Positions 12,400-22,782 of a stretch of DNA of 64,000 nt are shown one piece after another. The stretch comes from an uncultured bacterium (GTDB lineage Bacteria; Actinomycetota; Acidimicrobiia; Spongiisociales; UBA5794), in assembly GCA_963801165.1 (NCBI GenBank), contig CAWDDT010000006.1, positions 128,001 through 192,000 of the forward strand. Direction: 5' to 3'. Both the position numbers and the translations under genes were made by a program. Below the pieces are notes generated by a model. It had not been told where the DNA came from, ran no database searches, and worked only from the letters and a program-made list of their open reading frames with translations. Positions within the stretch are counted from its first letter, which is position 1. The number at the start of each line of letters is the position of its first letter.

Positions 12400-13724
12400 G
12401 CATCATCCCGCCGAGGACGCTCAAGGGTTTCCGCGACTATTTGCCGGTGACGATGACCGCCAGGGAGCAGGTCATCGAGACCGCTCGCCGGGTATACCGC
12501 TCGTTTGGTTTCACCCCCATCGACACGCCCGCTCTCGAGTACAGCGAGATCCTGTTCGGCAAGGGCAGCGACGAGACCGATCGCCAGATGTACCGGTTCG
12601 AGGACAACGGTGGCCGGGATGTAGCGATGCGTTTCGATCTCACGGTGCCGCTGGCGCGTTTCATCGCTCAGCACGTCGGCGAACTGGGCACACCGTTCAA
12701 GCGCTATGCGGTCGGGCCGGTGTGGCGCGGTGAGAACACCCAGCGGGGCCGCTACCGGGAGTTCGTCCAATTCGACTTCGACACGATCGGCACCGAGAGT
12801 CTCGTTGCCGACATCGAGACCATCGTCGTCGTCCACGATCTTTTCGCCACGCTCGACATCTCGCCGTTCACGATCCACTTCAACAACCGGGACTTGTTGA
12901 ACGGTCTGCTGGAGCGTCTCGGATTGGGAGGCCAGGCGAGCGCGGTGTTACGTACCCTCGACAAACTCGCCAAGATCGGCACCGACGGCGTACGAACGGA
13001 GCTCTGCGAGGTGGCGGGCGCCACCGCCGCGCAGGCAGACGAGATCCTCGCTCTCGCCGGGCTGGCCGGAAGCAACGACGAGATTCTCGATGCGCTGCCG
13101 GACATCGTCGGCGGCGAAGAGATCGCGGTGCGCGGCCTCACGTCGTTGCGCACTGTTGTCGACGGGGTGAGAGCCGCCGGGATCGACGACGCCCGGGTGC
13201 GGGTCGACGTCAGCATCGCCCGCGGGCTTGCCTACTACACGGGAACGGTGTTCGAGACGTTCCTCGACGACCTTCCCGATATCGGCAGCGTCTGCTCGGG
13301 TGGGCGCTACGACGACCTGGCCTCGCTCTACACAAAGCAGCGTCTGCCGGGGATCGGAGGCTCGCTCGGTGTCGACCGGCTCATCGCGGCGATGGAGGAA
13401 TTGGGACGGGTCGACGAGCGAGCGGCGACGGCAGACATATTCGTTCCGCTCTTCTCAGCGGACAGGCAAGGCGACTATCTGCGTCTCGCCGAGGATCTGC
13501 GCCGGGAAGGGCTATCGGTGGAGCTGTACCCCGACGCCAGGAAACTGGGGACACAATTGAAGTACGCCGATCGGCGCGGGCACCGGCTGGCGGTGGTAGT
13601 CGGTGACGAGGAATGGTCATCGGGAGCCGCCCAGGTGAAGACGCTGGACACGGGGGAATCGACGGTCGTCCCGGTAGAGGAGTTGGCGACCTATTGCAGG
13701 CGGCTGCTCGGGGTGGGGTCCTGA
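12396..13724 (+). CDS. hisS: Histidine--tRNA ligase
   Basis: ATG 12396. LKGFRD, MRFDLTVPLARF, GRYREF.Q.DFD, ARGLAYYTG and SGGRYD motifs; C-terminal anticodon-binding domain. Confidence 0.95.
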   Translation: MSIIPPRTLKGFRDYLPVTMTAREQVIETARRVYRSFGFTPIDTPALEYSEILFGKGSDETDRQMYRFEDNGGRDVAMRFDLTVPLARFIAQHVGELGTPFKRYAVGPVWRGENTQRGRYREFVQFDFDTIGTESLVADIETIVVVHDLFATLDISPFTIHFNNRDLLNGLLERLGLGGQASAVLRTLDKLAKIGTDGVRTELCEVAGATAAQADEILALAGLAGSNDEILDALPDIVGGEEIAVRGLTSLRTVVDGVRAAGIDDARVRVDVSIARGLAYYTGTVFETFLDDLPDIGSVCSGGRYDDLASLYTKQRLPGIGGSLGVDRLIAAMEELGRVDERAATADIFVPLFSADRQGDYLRLAEDLRREGLSVELYPDARKLGTQLKYADRRGHRLAVVVGDEEWSSGAAQVKTLDTGESTVVPVEELATYCRRLLGVGS

Positions 13725-13749
13725 TCGGCGGCGCTAACCTGCCGACGCA

Positions 13750-16371
13750 ATGAACAGCCAAGAGATCCGCGACACGTTTCTGTCCTTCTTCGCCGAGCGC
13801 GCTCACACGATCGTGCCCAGCGCCTCGCTGATCCCGATCGACCCGACTCTGCTGCTGACCGTTGCCGGGATGGTCCCCTTCAAGCCGTACCTACTCGGAG
13901 AGGAAAAGCCGCCGTATCCCAGGGCGGCTTCGGTGCAGAAATGCGGCCGTACCGCCGACATCGACATCGTCGGCACCACGGCGCGCCATCTCACCTTTTT
14001 CGAGATGCTTGGCAATTTCTCATTCGGTGACTACTTCAAGGAGCAAGCGATACCGTGGGCTTACGAGCTGGTGACCGACGGGTTCGGCATCGACCCCGAA
14101 CGGCTCTGGTTCACGGTGCATTTCTCCGACGAGGAGGCCGCCGAGATCTGGATCGACGGTGTCGGCGTGCGACCAGAACGCGTCCAGCGAATGGATCGCG
14201 ACAACTTCTGGCAGATGGGTGTTGCCGGGCCTTGTGGGCCGTCGTCGGAGATCTTCTTCGACAAAGGCCCCGCTTACGGCCAGGACGGCGGACCGGCGGT
14301 GGACGATGAGCGGTTCATGGAGATCTGGAATTTGGTCTTCATGCAAAACGTCCAGGATGAGCCCTATCACGTCGTTGGCGACCTTCCCGCCCGTAACATC
14401 GACACGGGCGCCGGTCTCGAGCGCGTTGCCACCGTGGTCCAGGGCGTGGACAGCGTCTTTGCCACCGACGAGTTGCGAAGTGTCATCGCCGCCGCGGAGC
14501 ACGCGACCGGTACCTCTCTTGGTGAGAGTGAGCGGACGGACGTGAGCCTGCGCATTCTCGGCGACCATGGCCGCGCCGTCACATTCCTCATTGCGGACCG
14601 GGTAGTGCCGTCGAATGAAGGCAGGGGCTACGTGCTGCGACGCCTGCTGCGACGCGCCGTGCGGCACGGCGTGCTGCTCGGCGCCCGGGACAACATCATG
14701 GCCGCTCTGGTGGGTGCCACCGTTACCGCCATGGGCCGGGCATACCCCGACCTGGTCGAGCAGCAGGACAGGATTCTGGAGATGGCCGAACGGGAGGAGG
14801 GAAAGTTCCGCCGTACCCTCGAGTCCGGACACCGTCTTCTCGACGAGGCTCTCGAGCCTCTCGAGGAGGGTGACACGCTATCGGGCGAGGTCGCCTTCAA
14901 GCTGCACGACACCCACGGCTTTCCCCGGGAGCTGACCGAGGAGATCCTCAACGAGCGCGGGTTCCGTCTCGACCTCGCAGAATTCGAGCGGATGATGGAT
15001 GCCCAGAAGGAGCAGGCCAAGGCCAACTTCCGAACACGCAACAGCGCCGAGGTCAGCGATGAGTACCGGGCGCTGGTGCGCGGTCTCGACAGCACGGACT
15101 TCATCGGGTACGACGCGGAAGCTGGGATGGCGCGCATTCTCTCCATCGTGCGGGAGGGTGAGCCGGTGGAGGTAGCCGAGGAGGGAGAGGAGATAGAGCT
15201 CTTCCTCGACCGAACTCCCTTCTACGCCGAGTCGGGTGGCCAGGTAGGCGATACCGGCATCGTCAAGACCGAAACGGGGATCCTGGAGGTGAGGGATACC
15301 CAACTGGCGATTCAGGGGGTCCACGGTCACCGCGGGGTGGTAACCACCGGGCATATCCAGGTGGGCCAGGATGCTGAGACGTCGATCGAAACGGGACGCC
15401 GGGAACGGATCAGAAAGAACCACACCGGGACTCATCTGCTCCACTGGGCACTGCGGGGCGTTCTCGGCGAGCACGTCCACCAGGAAGGCTCGTTCGTGGC
15501 CGAGAACCGTCTTCGCTTCGACTTCAGCCACTTCAAGGCGGTGGAGCCGGATGAGCTACTCGGCATCGAGCGGGCGGTCAACGAGCGGATCGTGGAGAAC
15601 GCACGCGTGACCACGGTCGAGACATCAAAGGACCAGGCGGAGGAGATGGGCGCTCTAGCTTTTTTCGGCGACAAGTACGGCGACCGGGTGCGGGTTGTCA
15701 AAGCGGGCAGCTACTCGACGGAGTTCTGCGGCGGCACTCATGTTCCCTCGACCGGTCAGATCGGCCCCCTCGTGCTTGTCTCCGAAGGGTCGGTTGCTGC
15801 GAATACGCGTCGGGTCGAGGCGCTGACCGGGATCGCCGGCTACGAGCATCTCCTCGATATCCGGCACCAGTTGCGCGACACGGCCTCGCTGCTACGCGCC
15901 CAGGAGGCGGGAGTGGTTGATGCCGCGAGGGCATTGACATTGCGTCTCAGGGACCAGGAGGAGCGGATAGCCGAATTCGAGGATAAGGCGCGTCTCGAGA
16001 CCGCAGGCAAGGCCGTTGACGATGCCGAGACATACAACGGACACAAGCTGATCGTGATCAGCGAACCCGGTGCGACCCCGGATCAACTGAGAGCGCTGGC
16101 GTTCCAGCTTCGCGACCGCATCGGCTCGGGCATCGGGGTCCTGGGATCGAGTGTCGCGGGCAAAGCGGCGCTACTCGCCTTTGCGACCGCCGACCTGGTT
16201 GCGGCCGGCGTGTCTGCGGGGGAGATCACCGCGGTTGCGGCCAGGGTCGTCGGCGGGGGCGGTAGCCGCGACCCCGAGCTGGCGCAGGCCGGAGGCCCGC
16301 ACGGCGAAGAGATCGACGCGGCGCTGGAAGCGGCGCGAGAAGCGGCCAGAGCGGCGCTTCAGGGGGTATGA
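13750..16371 (+). CDS. alaS: Alanine--tRNA ligase
   Basis: AGMVPFK, HLTFFEMLGNFSFGDYFK, IDTGAGLER, HTGTHLLH, FCGGTHV and GGGG..AQAGG motifs. Confidence 0.97.
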   Translation: MNSQEIRDTFLSFFAERAHTIVPSASLIPIDPTLLLTVAGMVPFKPYLLGEEKPPYPRAASVQKCGRTADIDIVGTTARHLTFFEMLGNFSFGDYFKEQAIPWAYELVTDGFGIDPERLWFTVHFSDEEAAEIWIDGVGVRPERVQRMDRDNFWQMGVAGPCGPSSEIFFDKGPAYGQDGGPAVDDERFMEIWNLVFMQNVQDEPYHVVGDLPARNIDTGAGLERVATVVQGVDSVFATDELRSVIAAAEHATGTSLGESERTDVSLRILGDHGRAVTFLIADRVVPSNEGRGYVLRRLLRRAVRHGVLLGARDNIMAALVGATVTAMGRAYPDLVEQQDRILEMAEREEGKFRRTLESGHRLLDEALEPLEEGDTLSGEVAFKLHDTHGFPRELTEEILNERGFRLDLAEFERMMDAQKEQAKANFRTRNSAEVSDEYRALVRGLDSTDFIGYDAEAGMARILSIVREGEPVEVAEEGEEIELFLDRTPFYAESGGQVGDTGIVKTETGILEVRDTQLAIQGVHGHRGVVTTGHIQVGQDAETSIETGRRERIRKNHTGTHLLHWALRGVLGEHVHQEGSFVAENRLRFDFSHFKAVEPDELLGIERAVNERIVENARVTTVETSKDQAEEMGALAFFGDKYGDRVRVVKAGSYSTEFCGGTHVPSTGQIGPLVLVSEGSVAANTRRVEALTGIAGYEHLLDIRHQLRDTASLLRAQEAGVVDAARALTLRLRDQEERIAEFEDKARLETAGKAVDDAETYNGHKLIVISEPGATPDQLRALAFQLRDRIGSGIGVLGSSVAGKAALLAFATADLVAAGVSAGEITAVAARVVGGGGSRDPELAQAGGPHGEEIDAALEAAREAARAALQGV

Positions 16372-16796
16372 CGCTGACCCGTTTCATAGGTCTCGATCCC
16401 GGCGAGCGGCGGATAGGTGTCGCCTTATCCGACACCCTCGGTATCATCGCGCAACCGCATCTGGTAATTGATCGGCGCTCCGGTGATGCGATCGCAGCGA
16501 TCAGGGACCTATGCATCGAGTACGAGGTGGACACCGTGGTAGTCGGTTTGCCGAGAAACCTGAAGGGGGAAGAGGGACCGTCCGCAGCGATGGCCAGGGA
16601 GCTGGCATCCGCAGTTGCTGCGGCAACGGGCTGCCACATAGCGTTCTCTGATGAAAGGTTCACCACAGTGCAGGCGGAAGCCGCCCTCATCGAGGGCGGG
16701 ATGCGCCGCCGCAAGCGGCGCGAAACGATCGACAAAGTTGCTGCCGCCGTGATGCTGCAGGGCTTCCTCGACGGGAGGTCCTCTCATGACGCCTGA
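16368..16796 (+). CDS. ruvX: Pre-16S rRNA nuclease / putative Holliday junction resolvase YqgF
   Basis: GLDPG.RRIGVA.SD, VVGLP, DERFTT and D..AA..MLQ motifs; follows alaS. Confidence 0.93.
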   Translation: MTLTRFIGLDPGERRIGVALSDTLGIIAQPHLVIDRRSGDAIAAIRDLCIEYEVDTVVVGLPRNLKGEEGPSAAMARELASAVAAATGCHIAFSDERFTTVQAEAALIEGGMRRRKRRETIDKVAAAVMLQGFLDGRSSHDA

Positions 16797-17889
16797 GTAT
16801 CCGCCCAACAGCTCGTGGCAGGTTCGCATGATCCAGGTGTTCGTCGTCGTCCTCATCGTCATTGTCGGGTTCTTTGCCATAACGTCGCTCGCCAAGAAGA
16901 TGGCCTCCGGGATACGCAACGAGTCGACCGCGACGGTCGCCATCGAGGAGGGCCTCGAGGTCGACTTCCAGGTGCAGTCGGGCGCCACCGCCAAGGGGAT
17001 CGCCGCGGCTCTCGTCGACGCGGGGATCATCAGCGATGCCGGTGATTTTGAGAATGCCGTGAACGCGGCCGACGCGGGGAACAAGCTCAAGGCGGGCGAT
17101 TACACGCTGGTCACGGGAACGGACTATGACACGCTCATCGGCATTCTGGTGTCGGGCCCGGAGACGGTGTCCGTATACACCGTGAGAGTGATCGAGGGGC
17201 TGACGATCGACGACACGCTGGCGTCACTGGCCGAGCAGACCGGATACACCACTACCGAGCTCGCCGCGCCGCTCATCAACGGCACCGTCGATTCACCGTA
17301 CCTGCCAGACAAGGCCCCGGATGGCTACCCCGAGCTGACCCGCTGGGAGGGTCTGCTCGCTCCCGACACCTACGAGTTCCGGAAGGACGCCAGCCCCGCG
17401 GATATAGTCGGCCAGCTCGTCGATACGTTGACGAGACGGGTCTCCGAGGCCGACTGGACCACGATCGAGGACCTCGGGCTCGAACCTTATGACGGCCTCA
17501 TCATCGCCTCCCTCATCGAGAAGGAAGCCAAGCTCAACGATGAGCGGCCGACGATCGCGTCGGTGATCACCAACCGCCTCCGCGAAGGCATGGCGTTGCA
17601 GATCGACGCAACGATCATCTACGCGCTGGGGGAGAACAAGGGCGAGGTGACCAACGCCGACCTCGAGGTAGACAGCCCGTACAACACATACAAGAACACC
17701 GGCTTGCCACCGACCCCGATCGGAGGGGTGCGACTCGCATCGATCGATGCGGCGGCCCATCCGGCGGATACCAACTATTTCTACTACGTCCTCATCAACA
17801 AGGACGGAACGCACGGGTTCAGCGAGACGCTCGAAGAGCACAACCGCAAGAAGCAAGAGGCCAAGGACGCAGGAGTCCTGACCCCGTGA
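16786..17889 (+). CDS. mltG: Endolytic murein transglycosylase
   Basis: N-terminal TM segment, EGLL.PDTY, IASLIEKE, LQIDAT and SPYNTY...GLPPTPI motifs. Confidence 0.93.
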   Translation: MTPEYPPNSSWQVRMIQVFVVVLIVIVGFFAITSLAKKMASGIRNESTATVAIEEGLEVDFQVQSGATAKGIAAALVDAGIISDAGDFENAVNAADAGNKLKAGDYTLVTGTDYDTLIGILVSGPETVSVYTVRVIEGLTIDDTLASLAEQTGYTTTELAAPLINGTVDSPYLPDKAPDGYPELTRWEGLLAPDTYEFRKDASPADIVGQLVDTLTRRVSEADWTTIEDLGLEPYDGLIIASLIEKEAKLNDERPTIASVITNRLREGMALQIDATIIYALGENKGEVTNADLEVDSPYNTYKNTGLPPTPIGGVRLASIDAAAHPADTNYFYYVLINKDGTHGFSETLEEHNRKKQEAKDAGVLTP

Positions 17890-18683
17890 GACTCGCCCTA
17901 TTCGGCTCGCCGGTGCGGCATTCGCTGTCACCGGCGATGCACCAGGCCGCCCTGGCCCACGTCGGTATCGACGGAGAGTACGTCGCACGCGACGTGGACG
18001 AGCCGGGGTTCGTCCGTGGTATCAGTGAGCTTCGTGATGGCGAGCTCGACGGCGCAAATGTGACCATGCCGCACAAGGTGCTCGCCTACCGATGCTGTGA
18101 TAAACGCACAGAGCTTGCCGAGCGGGCGGGAGCAGTCAACACGCTGTCACGTGCCGGCGCCGCCGTGGTCGGCGACAACACCGACGTGCTCGGCATCCGC
18201 GAGGCATGGCGTTGGGCAGGACTGCCCGAGAACGACCCGGTGACGATTCTGGGCGCCGGGGGGGCTGCCGCCGCGGCGCTGCTCGCGCTCGGGGGGAGAC
18301 GTCTTCAGATCATGGCCCGGAGCGCCGACAAGGCATTAGCCCTGTTGAACAGAACCGGAGTGGCCGCTGACGTGTGCGCATGGAACGAGACACCCACATT
18401 TGACGGAGTGGTTCTCAACGCCACCCCTATAGGCATGCGGGGGGAGCGTCTGGACGACCGCCTGCTCGCAACCGCAACGGGTCTGCTCGACCTGGCATAC
18501 GGCGACACCGTCACACCCGCGGTCGTCGTCATGCGGGAGAGCGGCCGGCCGGTTGCCGAGGGTCTCGACATGTTGATCGGCCAAGCCGCAGCCAGCTTTC
18601 GGATCTGGACCGGGCGAACTGTCGCGCCCGACGTCATGAGGGCCGCAGCTCAACGCGAGTTGGCGCGCCGGCGGGCCGGCTGA
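17886..18683 (+). CDS. aroE: Shikimate dehydrogenase
   Basis: HSLSP.MH, GANVTMPHK, GAVNT, NTD and GAGGAA motifs. Confidence 0.93.
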   Translation: MRLALFGSPVRHSLSPAMHQAALAHVGIDGEYVARDVDEPGFVRGISELRDGELDGANVTMPHKVLAYRCCDKRTELAERAGAVNTLSRAGAAVVGDNTDVLGIREAWRWAGLPENDPVTILGAGGAAAAALLALGGRRLQIMARSADKALALLNRTGVAADVCAWNETPTFDGVVLNATPIGMRGERLDDRLLATATGLLDLAYGDTVTPAVVVMRESGRPVAEGLDMLIGQAAASFRIWTGRTVAPDVMRAAAQRELARRRAG

Positions 18684-19363
18684 TGGTTGTCGCGGTCGGC
18701 GTGATTCTGCGATCCGCGGCGGTCGCCGGTGGAGTGCTCATCGGGATCATCGCGGTGGGACTGGCACAGCTGATTCCAATCCGAATGGGTAAGACGGAGC
18801 GCCCGCGGTCGACGACCTGGTGGCTCGGTGCGGCAGCAGTGGCGATCGGATTCGGTTGGGTGGCGGCGACGGACGGCTGGGCATTCTTGCCCGCATATCT
18901 CGCGTTCGGTGCGACCACGCTGGCCGTGACCTTGACCGACATCGACCACCAGCTCATCCCGAATCGGATCCTGTTTCCCGGTCTGGGGGTGGCGGGCGTG
19001 CTGCTCGCCCTCGGTGCGCTCGTCGACGGCTCCGCCCGTGATTTGGGCAGAGCGGTGATCGGTGCGCTCATCTATTTTGCGTTCCTCCTCCTGGTGGGAC
19101 TCGTTGCGCGAGGCGGGTTCGGGATGGGTGATGTGAAACTCGCTCTGCTGCTCGGGCTGTTTCTCGGGTTCGTCGGCTGGGATGCGCTCGGCGTGGGGTT
19201 CTGCGTCGGGATCCTGCTCGGCGGCGTGGCCTCACTTCTATTGCTGGTTTTCACCAAACGGGGCCGCCGCGCCAAGTTCGCCTACGGGCCGTATATGGTC
19301 ATGGGGGCCTGGATCGGCCTGTTCTGGGGACCACAGATAGCCAACTGGTATCTGGGCGGCTGA
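18683..19363 (+). CDS. A24-family prepilin peptidase-like membrane protein
   Basis: D....IPN, GFGMGDVKL and C-terminal ayGPym motifs; multiple TM segments; no N-terminal CxxC domain. Confidence 0.85.
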   Translation: MVVAVGVILRSAAVAGGVLIGIIAVGLAQLIPIRMGKTERPRSTTWWLGAAAVAIGFGWVAATDGWAFLPAYLAFGATTLAVTLTDIDHQLIPNRILFPGLGVAGVLLALGALVDGSARDLGRAVIGALIYFAFLLLVGLVARGGFGMGDVKLALLLGLFLGFVGWDALGVGFCVGILLGGVASLLLLVFTKRGRRAKFAYGPYMVMGAWIGLFWGPQIANWYLGG

Positions 19364-19433
19364 GCCTAGGTCGCAACAGTGTGCTTGGACATGGCCGATC
19401 GCACGTCGGTCGAGGCGCCTACTATTCCTTCCC

Positions 19434-20588
19434 ATGTTGCGTTTCCTGACAGCAGGCGAATCCCACGGTCCCGGCTTGGTGACGGTCGTCGAAGGTCTCC
19501 CCGCCGGATTAGCGGTGACCGCAGAAGGCATCGCGGCCGAGCTGGCGCGGCGGCGGCTCGGCTACGGTCGGGGTCGTCGCATGACGCTCGAGAAGGACGA
19601 GCTCGAGATCATGGGCGGTGTGCGGTTCGGAAAGACGTTGGGCAGCCCGGTCGCAGTGATCGTGCGCAACACGGAATGGCCGAAGTGGCAGGAGGAGATG
19701 TCGCCCGGGCAGGGGGTGAGCCGGCGTCCCCTCGAGACCCCTCGGCCCGGGCACGCCGATCTCGCCGGGATGGTCAAGTACGACACCCGTGATGCCAGGG
19801 ACATCCTGGAGCGGGCCTCGGCACGGGAAACCGCCGCCAGGACGGTCGTGGGTTACCTGGCGAAGCAGCTAGTCGGCACCATCGGCGTCGGGATCGTGAG
19901 CCACGTGGTTGCCATAGGGACAGTCGCTTCACCCGACGGCGCCGTCCGCCCCCAGCCATCGGACCTCGATGCCATCGATGAATCGCCTGTGCGGTGCTTC
20001 GACGCCGCCACGGCGGAGGCGATGGCGGCCGCCATCGAGAGCGCCAAGGAAGACAGGAACACGCTCGGTGGGGTGTTCGAGGTGCTGGCCTATGGGCTGC
20101 CGATCGGGCTCGGCTCACACGTGCATTGGGACCGCCGTCTCGACACGGCACTGGCAGCCGCGTTGATGTCGATCCAGGCCATCAAGGGCGTCGAGGTCGG
20201 CGATGCGTATGAGGTTGCCCGTACTCCCGGTAGCTCTGCGCATGACGAGATCTTCCACGGCGAGGAGGGATTCTTCCGCAGCACAAACCGGGCGGGTGGC
20301 CTCGAAGGTGGGATGACGATTGGAGACGTGCTCCGGGTTCGGGCGGCGATGAAGCCGATCTCGACGGTGATGCGGCCGCTCGACACCGTCAACGTGGTGA
20401 CGAAGGAGGCGGACAAGGCGTTCCGGGAGAGGAGCGATGTGTGCGCTGTGCCGGCTGCGGCGGTTGTCGGCGAGCAGATGGTGGCCTTCACGTTGGCCAA
20501 CGAAGTGACCCGCAAATTCGGCGGGGACACGGTCGCGGAGCTCGTCGGTTCGGTGGCTGCCTACCGCAAACACATCGCGGAGTTCTGA
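19434..20588 (+). CDS. aroC: Chorismate synthase
   Basis: TAGESHG, RRRLGYGRG.RM, PRPGHADL, ERASARETA and MKPIST motifs. Confidence 0.96.
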   Translation: MLRFLTAGESHGPGLVTVVEGLPAGLAVTAEGIAAELARRRLGYGRGRRMTLEKDELEIMGGVRFGKTLGSPVAVIVRNTEWPKWQEEMSPGQGVSRRPLETPRPGHADLAGMVKYDTRDARDILERASARETAARTVVGYLAKQLVGTIGVGIVSHVVAIGTVASPDGAVRPQPSDLDAIDESPVRCFDAATAEAMAAAIESAKEDRNTLGGVFEVLAYGLPIGLGSHVHWDRRLDTALAAALMSIQAIKGVEVGDAYEVARTPGSSAHDEIFHGEEGFFRSTNRAGGLEGGMTIGDVLRVRAAMKPISTVMRPLDTVNVVTKEADKAFRERSDVCAVPAAAVVGEQMVAFTLANEVTRKFGGDTVAELVGSVAAYRKHIAEF

Positions 20589-21635
20589 GTGATCCCCACC
20601 CACGCACTCACCGACGAAGCAGGTCGTGCATGTGAGATCTACGTTGGGCGCGCCATCGCGGGGTGCGATTCGCTGCTGCTCGACGGTGTCTCCCGGGTCG
20701 CCGTGCTCACCCAGCCGGCGGTGTCCCGGCTGGCCGCCGCGATCGCCGACGAGGCCGACGGTCGCGGCGTCGCTGCGTCCGTCAAAGTACTGCCCGATAG
20801 GGAGGACGCAAAGAGCCTGCGAACGGTGGAGACTGTCTACGAGTGGCTCAACACGCTCGGTTTCACGAGAAGCGACATGATTATCGCCGTCGGGGGCGGT
20901 GCGACCACTGATCTCGCCGGCTTCACTGCGGCCACCTACCTGCGTGGCATCGAGGTCACGTACCTGCCGACAACGCTGCTCGGTGCCGTAGATGCAGCCA
21001 TCGGCGGCAAGACAGGGGTGAACGTCGGAGGCAAGAACCTGGCGGGAGTGTTCCGGCATCCCGCCCGGGTGGTGGTGGACCTCGATGTGCTCGGCCTGCT
21101 TCCCGACGAGCTCCTCCGCGAAGGTGCGGCCGAGACGGTCAAGGCCGGGTTCATTGCCGATCGTGCCATTCTCGGGGAATACGAGGCGAACGGTCTAGCC
21201 GCGTCGCTCGATGTTGTCGTCCCTGCGGCAATCAGGGTGAAGGTCGAGACGGTGACCAATGACTTCCGCGAGACGGGCCAACGGGCAGTTCTGAACTACG
21301 GGCACACCATCGGCCACGCGGTCGAGCTCGTCGCGGGCATCAGCCACGGCCATGCGGTAGCGATCGGCATGGTCGCCGCGGGCCGGGTGTCGGCACTCAT
21401 GACCGGCTTTGCCCATGAGGACCGCCAGCGTCAGATCATCGCCCATATCGGGTTGCCGACGGCTTCGCCTCCGGTGGACCCGGCCGCGATCATGGCGTTG
21501 GTAGGCCGCGACAAGAAGCGGGACGCTTCGGGGGTCAGGATGGTGGTTCTGGAGGACTTCGGCAGGCCCGACGTCGTGCCCGTCGACGACGAGTTGCTCG
21601 AGAATGCCCTGGCCGCCATCGGCCTGGGTAGCTGA
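20589..21635 (+). CDS. aroB: 3-dehydroquinate synthase
   Basis: GGGA..DLAGF.AATYLRG, PTTLL..VDA.IGGKTG and LNYGHT.GHA.E motifs. Confidence 0.95.
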   Translation: MIPTHALTDEAGRACEIYVGRAIAGCDSLLLDGVSRVAVLTQPAVSRLAAAIADEADGRGVAASVKVLPDREDAKSLRTVETVYEWLNTLGFTRSDMIIAVGGGATTDLAGFTAATYLRGIEVTYLPTTLLGAVDAAIGGKTGVNVGGKNLAGVFRHPARVVVDLDVLGLLPDELLREGAAETVKAGFIADRAILGEYEANGLAASLDVVVPAAIRVKVETVTNDFRETGQRAVLNYGHTIGHAVELVAGISHGHAVAIGMVAAGRVSALMTGFAHEDRQRQIIAHIGLPTASPPVDPAAIMALVGRDKKRDASGVRMVVLEDFGRPDVVPVDDELLENALAAIGLGS

Positions 21636-21691
21636 TTCGGCTGGTGATTCGGGTCGTGTTTCGGGTCGTGATTCGGGTCGTGTTTCGGGTG
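21632..21691 (+). repeat. Intergenic 12-bp tandem repeat (5 copies)
   Basis: ctgattcggctg / gtgattcgggtc / gtgtttcgggtc / gtgattcgggtc / gtgtttcgggtg. Confidence 0.85.
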
Positions 21692-21726
21692 GTGTATCGT
21701 CGCGACATTCAATTGTTGGAGACGAT

Positions 21727-22782
21727 TTGTACAACGAGCGCATAGCAAGGCTTCGCGAGGCAATCGAGCATCCGCTGCTTGTCACATTCCTGCCCAACAT
21801 CCGCTACCTGACCGGATTCACGGGGTCCAGTGCCTACGTTCTGGTGACACCCGATCGCTTCGTATTCGTCACAGACGGTCGGTACGCCGAGTTGGGTGCC
21901 CGGCTCATGAAGGACGTCGCAGGGGGAGAGCTCGTGGAATACCGCTCGGGGCTCAACGACGTGTTGGTGGAGCAATTCGCCGGTGAGAAGCACGTGGGCC
22001 TCGAGGCGAGCAGCGTCACCTGGGCATTTGTCCATGGTCTCAAGAGCAAGACGGATTCGGTTCTCGACACCACTCACGGGGTTGTCGAGACGCTGCGCAT
22101 GGTCAAGGACGACGCCGAAATCGCCGCTCTCCGTGCGGCCGCGGCGGCAGGGGATTCGGCATTCCGGACCGTCCGCGATCTCGCGCCCGCGGCCCGGAGC
22201 GAAGGCGACCTGGCCTGGAGTCTGATCAACGCGATGCGCGACGCAGGTGCCGCGCAGGCCGGCTGGCCGCCCATCGTGGCGGCGGGGCCCCACGCAGCCC
22301 TGCCGCACCATCTCTCCGAGCAGGAACCCGTCGGAGATGGGCTGCTGCTGCTGGACTACGGGTGCATCGTGGATGGCTACCACAGCGACATGTCACGGAC
22401 GATCTGGCTCGACGGGGAGCCAGACGACGAGATCGTCCGCATACACCAAGCGGTACTCGAGTCGCAGGAAGCCGGGATCGAGGCGGTGCGGCCCGGTGTC
22501 ACCGGGCACGAGGTGGATGAGGCATGTCGTGTGGTGCTGCGCAAGTACGGCTACGAGGAGCAGTTCGTCCACAGCACCGGTCACGGCGTAGGTCTCGAGA
22601 TCCACGAGGGCCCGCGGCTCGCCCGCAACTCGGAGGACGTTCTCGAACGCGGCCATGTTGTCACGGTCGAGCCGGGCGTGTACGTTCCTGGGTTCGGGGG
22701 TGTCCGGATCGAGGACATGGTGGTTGTTCGAGACGACGGCCACGAAGTATTGACGAAGTCGGAAAAGGGCCTTGACGCATGA
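21727..22782 (+). CDS. Xaa-Pro aminopeptidase (M24B)
   Basis: TTG start after [18 protein letters not shown]...[18 protein letters not shown] and GVRIED motifs; precedes efp. Confidence 0.9.
   Translation: MYNERIARLREAIEHPLLVTFLPNIRYLTGFTGSSAYVLVTPDRFVFVTDGRYAELGARLMKDVAGGELVEYRSGLNDVLVEQFAGEKHVGLEASSVTWAFVHGLKSKTDSVLDTTHGVVETLRMVKDDAEIAALRAAAAAGDSAFRTVRDLAPAARSEGDLAWSLINAMRDAGAAQAGWPPIVAAGPHAALPHHLSEQEPVGDGLLLLDYGCIVDGYHSDMSRTIWLDGEPDDEIVRIHQAVLESQEAGIEAVRPGVTGHEVDEACRVVLRKYGYEEQFVHSTGHGVGLEIHEGPRLARNSEDVLERGHVVTVEPGVYVPGFGGVRIEDMVVVRDDGHEVLTKSEKGLDA

Noticed and set aside
21632-21691. CRISPR-like array
   Set aside because: These are contiguous 12-bp units without spacers, and no cas genes are nearby.
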